A DNA stretch of 63,622 bases, the filler included, from Chrysochromulina tobinii (taxonomy: Eukaryota), in the NCBI GenBank assembly GCA_001275005.1. It is 7 parts of 7 records of this genome, joined end to end, with 100 filler letters (N's around TTAATTAATTAA, not from the genome) between each part and the next. Parts side by side here need not be neighbours in the genome. Positions count along the whole stretch, not along the records: positions 1 to 18,444 come from JWZX01000858.1; 6 more parts are not named here. The stretch is one strand, 5' to 3'. Below, piece by piece: positions 1 to 9,794 of the stretch. The position numbers and the translations under genes are program-made. Within the stretch, counting starts at the first letter, position 1. Each line of letters starts with the position of its first letter. The notes under the pieces are model-generated. The model saw only the letters and a list, made by a program, of their open reading frames with translations. It ran no database searches and was not told where the DNA came from.

Positions 1-60
1 GGGTCCAGAGGAGGGTCCAGAGGGTCCAGGGGTCCAGCCGGACCCCCAGAGGGTCCAGGG
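1..60. repeat. short degenerate GGGTCCAG(AG) tandem repeat
   Basis: GGGTCCAG occurs five times in the first 60 nt. Confidence 0.7.
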
Positions 61-611
61 CGGGACCCTCTCACTCGGGATCTATGAGTGGGCCGCGCTT
101 GGGGAATACATGTACATCCAGGCGGCGCGCACGCGGGATTTGCCCGCGTCTCTCAGATTTATCAGATGCGCGAACAGAAATATACACGCCTCTAGGTTGG
201 TGATTGCGGTCATCAAACTACGCAAGGGCAGTCCGGGTGCGCGGCGCATCACGGATCACGGTTTCGGTAACACGCCCGGTCCCGGCGTCACGCAGGGGGG
301 CCGCCGTCACCGGGCGTTTCACGGACGGGGCACTCGTTATAATGGAATCCGGGCCGATCGCGTTAAGCTGGAACGACGAAGATCTGCACATGTGCTCCGG
401 AAGCCAGCTGTGGTGGAAGGCGAGTGGGCGGAGATGACGGAGGGGTCCATCTTGACGACTTGACTCGACTTGACTTGTCTTGACATGCGGATGGAACGAC
501 GGCCGCGGTCGCTCTCCTCCACGAACTCCTCCACGACCTGCGAAAACCGTAAACCCTTGCGTCGTCCTCGGAGCGGAACCGAACAACGGAACTTCCAGAG
601 GCCCCGCTGGA

Positions 612-2378
612 ATGGTAGCCATCGACGAGCGAGCTCGTAAGTCCATCGCGGTGTCACTCTTGTCCTGCTTCGACTTTGTCGAGCGAGGCTTCGTCGATCA
701 CGAGTCCTGGCGGCGCGGGCTTAGCATGGTGCTCCTGCCCGAGGTGGCGGAGGATGATGCACTGTGGGGCAAGCTGGTGAGTTCGTACGGCACGACGATG
801 GCTGACTCGAAGCACGAGATGGTGGACGTCTCGCGCATCCCCGAGCGTGCTCCCCTGGCCGGCGATCCCATCCTGATGAGCCACGTGATGCGTGCGCTGA
901 TGCGCGCGCTCCACGACCTAACGGAGGAAGTCGAGCTGCTCAAGACGCTGCCCCGCCGCACTGACGCGAATCGCGAGGAGGTTGAGCGGCTCTCGGCCGA
1001 GACGAGCGCGATGCGGGCGCACGCGCGCGCGCAGCTCGAGACGCGCAAAGCACGCACCATCATGGAGGCGCGCCGCCGAGTGACCCTACCAGCCATCCGG
1101 GCTTGGGCAGAGCTCATGGCGGCGCAACGCAGGGCGCGGCGGCTGAGCGCCCTCTCGGCCACGAGCCCGGGGCTCTGCCGCTCGTTGAGGCGCTGGCGGG
1201 CGCACGCCACGCACCAGGCATCCACATTCACGGCGGCGCTCCGTTGCTCTTCGATGACAAGAGCCGCAGTGCAAGCCCTCGCCTACCGCGGCTTGGCCGA
1301 TGCGTGGTGGGAGTGGGCTTCCAATTTTGGTTCGGTGCGCGAGCGGCGCGTGCGCTTGAGCGGCCCGCGTGGCTGGCGGCTGCTCATGCGCACCACGATG
1401 GTCACTTGGAGGCGCCGCGTTGTCCAGTCTGGACGCTCGAGCCATGGAGATCGAGGGAGATCGAAGGAGATACCACGAGATTCCGGCTGGGCTCCGCCTC
1501 GGCGGCCGGCTCCGACGCTGACGGTGGTCACGGCCCCGCCGGCGGCTGCACCCAAGGAGGCTCCCACGCGCTCAACGTCGCCTGCGGGTGGCCGGCCTTC
1601 AGCTCCGTTGGACCTGACGTTGTCCGTCTTTGGCAAATCCGTCGCGCCTCGCTGCATGCAGAACCCTCGTGACCTCGCCTTGGACCGAGCGAATGCGCTG
1701 GCCGCGACTGAGCATAATCGGGCCAGCAGCCTCCAAGCACGGCTCGCGTTGGCCGAGGCGCGCGCCGCCGTGCTTGAGCGACGCGAAGTGCTCAGAACCT
1801 CCGCAGCCGACCCGAGGGCGAATCTGCCGCATGTGCAAGCCCAGGTGAGAGCGGCAGTGGCGAGTGCGGTGGACGTGGAGGTGGCGAACATCTTCGACGG
1901 GGCCTGTGACGGGGTGGCGCCGGCGCCGGAGCGCTCTGGTGAGCGCCCGGCAGAGCGCTCGGCCGAAGCGCCTTCGATTGCGACCCTACTCGCGGCGATG
2001 CACCTCGGGCAGGAGCCGTTGCATCTGGGCGATCTCGAACAGCTCATCGGATCTCGAGGTGGATATCGTTCCGATCTCGAACAGCTCGTCGGATCTCGAG
2101 GTGGATCTGGGTCCGATCTCGCGCCGCAGCCGGGCCCGTCGGTGCAGCCTCGTGAGACTTGTTCTTTCGAGCCCGCGCCGGACGGAGCTCACGCGCGCCC
2201 GTCGTCGCCCACCCATCCGACCTCCCAAAGAGGGGCGTATCTCGGGGTGAATCTCGGGCCCACTCATCAGGCCCTTCCACAGGATCTGAGGGCGTGGCCT
2301 GAGGAGGGGTCTGGTGAGTGGGCCCGAGATTCACCCCGAGATTCACCCCCGAGAGGCACGGGAGGAGGGGTCTGGTGA
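612..2378 (+). CDS. hypothetical coiled-coil protein with Trp-spaced (Sfi1-like) helices; may continue into the 2314-2949 frame
   Basis: Long ORF 480-2378; ATG at 612 precedes the ordered region; RAW/RRW/AWWEW motifs; the EEGSGE-coding DNA is duplicated in the next frame. Confidence 0.55.
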   Translation: MVAIDERARKSIAVSLLSCFDFVERGFVDHESWRRGLSMVLLPEVAEDDALWGKLVSSYGTTMADSKHEMVDVSRIPERAPLAGDPILMSHVMRALMRALHDLTEEVELLKTLPRRTDANREEVERLSAETSAMRAHARAQLETRKARTIMEARRRVTLPAIRAWAELMAAQRRARRLSALSATSPGLCRSLRRWRAHATHQASTFTAALRCSSMTRAAVQALAYRGLADAWWEWASNFGSVRERRVRLSGPRGWRLLMRTTMVTWRRRVVQSGRSSHGDRGRSKEIPRDSGWAPPRRPAPTLTVVTAPPAAAPKEAPTRSTSPAGGRPSAPLDLTLSVFGKSVAPRCMQNPRDLALDRANALAATEHNRASSLQARLALAEARAAVLERREVLRTSAADPRANLPHVQAQVRAAVASAVDVEVANIFDGACDGVAPAPERSGERPAERSAEAPSIATLLAAMHLGQEPLHLGDLEQLIGSRGGYRSDLEQLVGSRGGSGSDLAPQPGPSVQPRETCSFEPAPDGAHARPSSPTHPTSQRGAYLGVNLGPTHQALPQDLRAWPEEGSGEWARDSPRDSPPRGTGGGVW

Positions 2379-2683
2379 GGAGCTCACGATGCCGTGGCCT
2401 CGCGTGCGACACGAGGAGGGCGAGACGGTAGGTGCGCCACGGCCGGCGATGACGGCCACACTCACCATGCCGCGGCCCGCGTTGACGACCGCTATCACGA
2501 CGGCGCCCCAAACGGCGCCCACGACGGCGCACCTTACGGCGCCCACGACGGCGCACCATACGGCGCCCACGACGGCGCCCCAAACGGCGCCCACGACGGC
2601 GCCCACGACGGCGCACCAAACGGCGCCCCTGTGGTCCTCGACGGCGAATCAAGTCCGCGATCACTTGCCCAAACCGGCGAGCC

Positions 2684-2727
<44 letters not shown>

Positions 2728-3638
2728 TCCGCGCTCTCGCCTCGAGTACGTGGGCCGCGGCACGTGTTGTCCGCACGCGCAGTCCACCGTGACCGGCCGG
2801 GTGGTGCACCCGCCCACAGGCCAGCACCGCCGCGCCCCCGCTCCGCGGGCAGCAGCACGCCAGTAGGAGGCCTCATTGTCGACGCGCGCCGTTTGATCCA
2901 TGAAGTGCGACCCGAGCTGCCCATACGGCAGGCCCAATGGGCTCCTTAGGCGAGCGAGCTTTACGTGTTCGGTTTCGTTTCCGGTTTCGTCGAGCCGTCG
3001 CGGTTTCACGTGCTCCGAGATGCCGGTCCGGTCCCGCTCGGCTCGATCGCCACCGTGTACAATTCGTCTCAATCGTGCATGCAATTGTGACTTCGGCGGT
3101 ATCGTGATCGTCTATGCGATGGTCTAATACTATGGCGCGTCGTTTTTGGGTGCACCGTGGGGTCGTACCCGGCTCCGCCTCCGGTCGCTCGTGTAAAGCG
3201 TTCGGGTACACGGTGTGATTCGCTTACGCACCAATGTGTTATTGTATGTACGTTATACGAGCTCGACTCGGAGGCTGATGGGGGGCAGTAGGGGGCCGGC
3301 ACACTCGACACTGCAACTACACGCTCTGCAACAGCCACGCACGCACGTCGCGCGCAGCTACGAGCGAGATCTCCATCTCTCCGGGGCGGCCCCCGCTCAA
3401 GCATGTTCAAGCAACCCGCGGGGCCGCGGTAACAAAAATCGAAACAAAGCCGAGCGCCGGCGTGGGGCTGGCGGCCGGGGCACCAAATCGTCGTCGCGAG
3501 TGTGGTCCAAAGGGGGCAGCGCTTGCCTCTTGCACCAGAGTGTCCGGACCAGCTGCAGCACCGCGCTCATCAGCGGGATGCAATCTCGTGGCAGTCGCGC
3601 GTCTTGCTCTGCTCGCTCAAGGCGCGCTGCTCGGCAGC

Positions 3639-4376
3639 TCAGGGCCGCGGCCGCGGGATCACGCGCTGCTCCACGAGCGTCGTGTACAATTTCTTGAATT
3701 CGTCATAATCGAGCATGTGGTTGCCGTCGGCGTCAAAGTCTGCCATCACCTTATCTAGCTTGGGTCCCTTACCGGGGCCGGCCATCTTGTACAGGACGGC
3801 GGTGACTTCGAAGATGTCGAGCATGCCCGAGTCGTCCTTGTCAGCCGCCACGAACAGCTCGTTAATTGCCGAGATGAACGGAGCCTCGAGGTACTCGCGC
3901 ATGCGCTTGGTGTCCTCGACAAACTCCTCCGCCTCAGCTCCCTGGTGCATCGCGAGCACACCCTCGACCCACTCCTCGGCGGTGACGCGCCCGTCGCCGT
4001 CGAGGTCCATGCTCTGCAAGATCGCCTCGATCTCTTCGTCGGTGTTATTGGGCATCACGTTCTTCAACTCTTGCCTGTCGATGTGGCCGTCGCCGTTCAC
4101 GTCGAGCAGCGGCAGCAGCGTGCGCAGCGCGGCGCTCCGGATGGCATGCGCCTTGATGGCTGCCTCCTCCTCATCACCCGGCAGCGTCGGGTGCGCCTCC
4201 TCAAACTCGTCGATTTGCCGGATGCACGCTGCGCCCTCGACGGCATTGCGCACCTCGACGAATGCGCGGCCCGTCTTGGTCGCCGGGTTGAGTGGCGTCT
4301 CAAAGGCGCCGTAGAGGATGGAGCCATCGGCATACGCGAGCCGCTCCTTGTGGAAGGGTGAATCCGTCAGTACCAT
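3639..4376 (-). CDS. calmodulin-like EF-hand protein (4 EF loops)
   Basis: DVNGDGHIDRQE, DLDGDGRVTAEE, DKDDSGMLDIFE, DADGNHMLDYDE. Confidence 0.9.
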   Translation of the reverse strand: MVLTDSPFHKERLAYADGSILYGAFETPLNPATKTGRAFVEVRNAVEGAACIRQIDEFEEAHPTLPGDEEEAAIKAHAIRSAALRTLLPLLDVNGDGHIDRQELKNVMPNNTDEEIEAILQSMDLDGDGRVTAEEWVEGVLAMHQGAEAEEFVEDTKRMREYLEAPFISAINELFVAADKDDSGMLDIFEVTAVLYKMAGPGKGPKLDKVMADFDADGNHMLDYDEFKKLYTTLVEQRVIPRPRP

Positions 4377-4639
4377 GCGGACCCGTGGAGAAGCGGATGG
4401 TCCTCGGCGAATGCCTGGCGAGGCCGCGGTGTGCCTCCAACGCAGGCGCTTGAGGTAGGGCGTGAGGATTGCGTGAGGGAGCGATCAGTTTCCTTTTAGC
4501 TCGGCCGCGTTTGCCAGCACGACGCGCTCGATAGTCCTCCGCTATCCGGATATCAGCGCCCGTGTTGCCTCTCCGGCACGCGGCCGGTAGGCCCGATTAG
4601 GAAAACAGGATGGGCAACCGAAAGCATTGAGTGGACTGC

Positions 4640-5785
4640 ATGTCGTCCATCAGTCCCGATCCGGCCGGCGTCGTGCAAGATGGCGAGGTCGATTCGATCC
4701 CGGCCGAATTTTCCGCGCTCGCAGCACGAATGCCGCCAGTGATCCACCTCTTGCTGGTGGACAACGTTGACCCGTCGAGCATCCCAACCAAGGCCGTGTT
4801 TGCCGCGTTGAATCTCGACCCGGCACGCCACCTGGCGACGGACGAGGCGCAGGTGCTGAGCGTTCCTCGCTGTCTGGATGCAGTCGCGTGTGCCACGTTG
4901 CGGGACGCGGTCGATCGCAAACGGAGCACACGAGTGGACAGCGTCGATGGCGCCGCGGACCATCAGCTGCCGCTCACGCTCATGCAGCTCGAGCAGCTCA
5001 TCGGCGCGCGCGCCGTCGACACGCTGCTCGCGCTGCCGGCTCGCTTTTCTGACGAGGCGTCTGAAACAGGCAAGCCGCGCGAGATCTTCGTACGGCGCTA
5101 CACGGGAGGCACCCGCCCATGGAATCCCTTCCACCACGACGCGGCGGCGGTCACGATCAACGTTGCGTTGGGCGACGACGCGGCCTTTGCGGGAGGACGG
5201 CTGCTAGCTGTGCGGCGGAGCCGAGTGGAGGCGATCGAGCGCGGCGAGGGCGAGGCGACCGTGCACGACTCGCGCCTACTGCACGCGGTCAGCCGCATCA
5301 CAGGTGGCGTGCGCTACTCCCTCATCCTGTTCATCGGACACGCGGAGGGGATGAGTGCTGCCGAGGCAGCCGCGTTTGCGGCGTACCTGCGAGCGCTGCC
5401 GGACGACGCGAGCCGCCAGCGCGTCGCGCAGCAGCTGCGGGCGCTCGAGGCCCCGCTCGAGGCCGCGCTGAGCGCCCAGACACGCGAGATGGACGCGAAA
5501 CGGTCAATGGCCAAGCCAGCCAGGGCCGCCATTGAACAAGCCAGGCATGCGCACGCAACGGCGAGGGAACGGCGCGAGAGGGCAGAGCGGGCGGCACAGG
5601 AGGCGGAGGAGGCGGAGCATGCGGCGCTGACGGCCTTGGATGCCGCCATCGAGGCCGCGCAAGTGATGCGTGATGAGCACTTTGGGGCGCAGGTGGCGGT
5701 ACAGCGGCTGCGCATGGAGCTGCTCGCCACGCAGAGAGAGGGGCGCGCACGCCTGCTGAGAGAGGCCGAGAAGAGTCGGGTGTGA
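4640..5785 (+). CDS. 2OG-Fe(II) dioxygenase (PLOD/OGFOD2-like) with C-terminal coiled coil
   Basis: RRY...FHHD (HxD)...TINVAL...GG...HAV..ITGGVRYSLILF (distal His, RxS). Confidence 0.88.
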   Translation: MSSISPDPAGVVQDGEVDSIPAEFSALAARMPPVIHLLLVDNVDPSSIPTKAVFAALNLDPARHLATDEAQVLSVPRCLDAVACATLRDAVDRKRSTRVDSVDGAADHQLPLTLMQLEQLIGARAVDTLLALPARFSDEASETGKPREIFVRRYTGGTRPWNPFHHDAAAVTINVALGDDAAFAGGRLLAVRRSRVEAIERGEGEATVHDSRLLHAVSRITGGVRYSLILFIGHAEGMSAAEAAAFAAYLRALPDDASRQRVAQQLRALEAPLEAALSAQTREMDAKRSMAKPARAAIEQARHAHATARERRERAERAAQEAEEAEHAALTALDAAIEAAQVMRDEHFGAQVAVQRLRMELLATQREGRARLLREAEKSRV

Positions 5786-6258
5786 CAAAGCGCCCGATCC
5801 AGCGCCGCCACCGCCGCCGCAGCCCCCTCCCCATCATGCCCAAGGCACAGGGATCGATTTTGAGAGCTTGAGCATCGACGATGCGCGAGAGACGCCTGTT
5901 GAGAGGTCGCGGTCGCCGCACGCAGGCGGTTGAGCGCGCGTGTTCACGGGTGCGGCTTGTTTTCGGTGCCGGACCACCGACAGGTGTGGCTGTGAAGAAT
6001 GATCTGCATGATATAGACTCTTTCGCGGGTCTTTGAAACCATGCTTTGAAACGCTGTGGCGCCGACACGTCCGACGTCGCGGTTCCTCCTTGGTAGGCTT
6101 TCGTGCTGGGCCCCCTTTTATTCATGTTTCCACCCCGCACGGACCAAAGCGCTGGACTCTTATCATTTCACGAAAAAAGAGTCAGCACGTTCACAGTCCT
6201 GGAGAGGAATCCGCAGGTGCAAAGATCGGTGCAAGAGCGAACGAGGTGTCGCGCATCA

Positions 6259-7149
6259 ATGGGGATGGCGGACGACCTCGAGGCCGCCCCGCCACCACGC
6301 AGCATGGACGACCTCCTGAAGAGCTGCGACAGCGCGCAGAGTGCCATTGCAGCCGCCGCACTAACCAAGCTTCGGCAGCACGATCCTGGAGCGCTTGTGC
6401 CGCACGTCCCAAAATTCGTCGCCAAGCTCAGCTCGCCGCTAGTCGATGTGCAACGCGCCGCGGCGCTCCTGTGCGAGTACATTGTATGTGAGCAGGCAGC
6501 CTGTTTCGTGCCCCACGCCAACCAATTCATCATGCAGCTTGAGCAGATCGCCCAGTGGGACGAGGGCACGAGGCGAGCGGTGGTCCAGGTGCTCCGACAA
6601 CTCGTCCTCTCGCCCAATGTGGTGGGGCTGGCGACGACGGAGCTCGCGCTGCCATTCCCACCCGGCACCTCCGCAAAGATTGTCCACTACGTCAAAACGG
6701 GCGACCACGTCGACTACCACATTAGCGTTTGCGTAGGCTCGGAGGCACCCTATGCCGTGCCGCGGCGATACTCGACGTTTCGCGAGCTGCACGCCGCGCT
6801 AGAGGCGGAGGCTCACTTTCGGCTGCCGCCCTCACTCAAGCTGCCACCCGAACGCCTCATTGTGAACGATGCAGTCTGCCGGGAGCGCGCCAAGCTGTTA
6901 ACGGGCTACCTTTCAGCCGTACTGCTGGCATGTTGCGGCGGGAACCCTTCGCAACGCCTGGTCCATGCGGCGCCACCGGCGCTGCTTCAGTTTTTGGACG
7001 TGCAGAGCTACGGGTTGTGGGCCGACGGCGGAGGCAGCAGCAGTAGCTGTCCCAATACGTGTCCCGCCCCGGCGAGCGAGCCGGGATCTCGAGCTGAGCT
7101 CGCGGCGAGCAGACGTGCGAGCAAGGCGTCTACGGGTCACCTCGGCTGA
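6259..7149 (+). CDS. PX (phox) domain protein with N-terminal HEAT-like helices
   Basis: VDYHISV...RRYSTFRELHAAL...LPP...ERAKLLTGYL...LLQFL matches the PX pattern. Confidence 0.8.
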   Translation: MGMADDLEAAPPPRSMDDLLKSCDSAQSAIAAAALTKLRQHDPGALVPHVPKFVAKLSSPLVDVQRAAALLCEYIVCEQAACFVPHANQFIMQLEQIAQWDEGTRRAVVQVLRQLVLSPNVVGLATTELALPFPPGTSAKIVHYVKTGDHVDYHISVCVGSEAPYAVPRRYSTFRELHAALEAEAHFRLPPSLKLPPERLIVNDAVCRERAKLLTGYLSAVLLACCGGNPSQRLVHAAPPALLQFLDVQSYGLWADGGGSSSSCPNTCPAPASEPGSRAELAASRRASKASTGHLG

Positions 7150-7657
7150 TCTGGGCGGCGGAGATGCGGTGCTGCGGGATGCGCCGGCGCTCGACGGCGG
7201 CATGCAGGGCCTCTCCTCTCAGCCGCTCATTCTGGATGACGACGGCGACGAGGCACACGAGTTCCTCACGTTGGGCTGAAGCCCTCGAGGTGTGAAGATC
7301 GAGGTGTGAAGCCCACAAGCACACAAAAGCCTCACGTTGGGCTGAAGCCTTCGCGTGAAGCCCACAGGCCTGTGGCCGCGGCCACTACTTTGTACTTAAT
7401 TTCCTTGAACTACGTGGTTCGTACCCGCGACTGCACGCGTACTGGCCATGGTACTGGCGTACAATAAGATGGTGCGGCGCATGGCACGGCGTGAATAGCC
7501 TGCGAGTGCGTTAAGGCACGAGGGCCGAGCGGTGTGTCGTGTTCGGGTTGAACTTGGACTTGAACTTGAACACGTCACCGCGCGGCGGGTGGTGCTTGCT
7601 TGTAGACCCTCGCTTGCTTTTTGAGTGGCGGTCACCCAGCAAAGCTGAGCCGCTGCA

Positions 7658-9466
7658 ATGCACCCGGTCGCCACTCCGCACCCTATGGGGCCGAACAAAG
7701 TCCGGTTGCTCGGCGGCGTTCAGTACACCTTTGATGATCAGCCCATCGCCAATGGGTCGGAGGGCATCGTGTACAGGGCGACGCCAACACCCTGGCGAGG
7801 CCATCGTGTCGCGATCAAGGTTTGCGTGCGGCAAGACGGGCGTCACACTCCGGAAGCCCAGCACGAGGCGGAGATGTTACAGCTCGTCAGCCAGTCGCCG
7901 CACCCGAACATCCTCAATTTCATTCATTTCGAGCATGGCGTGGCTGGTGGCGACCCTCCCCTGCTCGTCATGGAGTTAATGGATGACTCCCTCTTCGACC
8001 TCATCAGTAACGCAACCAGCGAAGCATATGCAAATGGCGTCCTGGCAACGCAGGGAGTGATGGCCGACGACGCGGTAAGGGCTATCTTCCGCCAGCTTGT
8101 AGCAGGGGCCCTGCATCTCCACGCCCTCGGCTTGTCTCACGGCGACATCAAGCCCGAAAACATCGGGTTGATCCAAGGCCATGTCTTGCAAGTCAAGTTG
8201 CTCGACTTCGGCCACACCCATCAACGCGGGCTCAATCATGGCTCGGGAACCACGGGATTCAGCGCTCCCGAACTGCTGTCTTGGCGCGCGGCGAGGGCGT
8301 TTCACCAATCTTCAGCTGTTCTTCAATATGACGACGAGAAAGCAGACGTCTGGGCGCTGGGCTGGACGATAGCTATGCTCAAGCTGGCAGCCCAGGTACC
8401 GAAACAGGCTTCATTCTTGCCAGGCACTCGGCAATATCATGTGCTGCGTGATGCGCAGCTCGCCGGCGGCAACGGCTTCCTGGCGTTGCAGAACGCTCAG
8501 CCTGGTCTCGGGTACCACCATCATCCGAACTGGAGTCATGTGCTTCACCCTCAGCTGGCCGACCTTCTCAACCGCATGCTCCACCATGACCCGGCACAGC
8601 GCCTGACCCTGCAGCAAGTCGCCAACCACCCGTGGCTCAATTCTGGTGGCGACGGCGGTGGCGGCAGTGGGGATGGCAGCGGCGGTGGCGGTGGTGGCGG
8701 CGGTGGCGGTGGCGGCTGCAGTTGGGATGCAAGCTCGTCCGTTGCTGAGAATGGCGGCAGTGCTGATGGCAGTGGCAGCGGCGCTCGACACGGCGCTCAA
8801 CGGGGCAGCGGGGACGTTGGCATCGATCGTGACGGCGTCGGCGGCCCTACGGCCGAGCGCCGTAGTGAGCGCAGCCGCAGCTTCCTCCGAGGGGTTGAGG
8901 ACGATGACGACTCGTCCGTCGCGGGCTCCGCTGCCTTGAGGGGCAGCTCCGCGCTGGTGACCGATCCGGGTGTTCCGTACGATGAGGAGGAGGTCGTGCT
9001 TGTGCATCGCTCTTTTGCGGCAGTCGGCGCAGGACGCGGCAGCCTCGGATGGCAGGAGGAAGAGGCTCACTACGACGTGGCGCTGCCTGCCGTAAAGGGC
9101 AACGCCACCGCACCCTCGCAGGAGGAGGCCCACCGCACCCTCGCCGATGTGGTGCAACACCATTCCGACCGGTCTCCGTGGGCGGACGAGGCGCAATCTC
9201 GCGTGCAATCTCGCGTGCGCCAGGATGAGCTCCCTACGATCTATCGAAGCTTCGCCAACGAGCTCATTTACGATGATGAGGATGGTGAGGAGGACGATAT
9301 GCCAGCCTACCGCTCATTGAGCGCTGGCGCAATGAGTGGCGAGGTGCTGGAGGCGGACGCATCACCGGATATGCCGCGCATCTACAGATCCGCTGCGAAC
9401 GAGCGCATTTATGATGACGACGTAGGCGGGAGCCGGGCCCAGCCTCCGATGGCGATGGACACTTAG
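7658..9466 (+). CDS. Ser/Thr protein kinase (non-RD) with long acidic C-terminal tail
   Basis: VAIK, HPNI, HGDIKPENI, DFG, APE, DVWALG, RML..DP..R...HPW. Confidence 0.92.
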   Translation: MHPVATPHPMGPNKVRLLGGVQYTFDDQPIANGSEGIVYRATPTPWRGHRVAIKVCVRQDGRHTPEAQHEAEMLQLVSQSPHPNILNFIHFEHGVAGGDPPLLVMELMDDSLFDLISNATSEAYANGVLATQGVMADDAVRAIFRQLVAGALHLHALGLSHGDIKPENIGLIQGHVLQVKLLDFGHTHQRGLNHGSGTTGFSAPELLSWRAARAFHQSSAVLQYDDEKADVWALGWTIAMLKLAAQVPKQASFLPGTRQYHVLRDAQLAGGNGFLALQNAQPGLGYHHHPNWSHVLHPQLADLLNRMLHHDPAQRLTLQQVANHPWLNSGGDGGGGSGDGSGGGGGGGGGGGGCSWDASSSVAENGGSADGSGSGARHGAQRGSGDVGIDRDGVGGPTAERRSERSRSFLRGVEDDDDSSVAGSAALRGSSALVTDPGVPYDEEEVVLVHRSFAAVGAGRGSLGWQEEEAHYDVALPAVKGNATAPSQEEAHRTLADVVQHHSDRSPWADEAQSRVQSRVRQDELPTIYRSFANELIYDDEDGEEDDMPAYRSLSAGAMSGEVLEADASPDMPRIYRSAANERIYDDDVGGSRAQPPMAMDT

Positions 9467-9794
9467 AATGAGGCGGCTGGTGCCCTGTGAGTGTGAATGA
9501 GGTGACGTGCCCTGTGAGTGTCGCAAGCGTGAAAAGGGTCGGATGTGGACATGTGGTGCAGTCGTCAGTGGTGGGGGTTGATAACTTTGAGAAAGGGTCA
9601 GTTGAATCGATAAACTTTGCGTGTACCCGTATCGTGGCTTGGTTCGGTCGTGTGGTTCCCCGCGTGATTTCCTACCTGAGGCGGTCTTTGTTTGTATCGG
9701 GGGGAGGGGGATATGAGGCGTGGGGTCTGATGCGCGTTGTAATGGGCACCTTGCCTTCCACGTGCTTGCTCGGCGGAAGGTCACGGACCACAAC

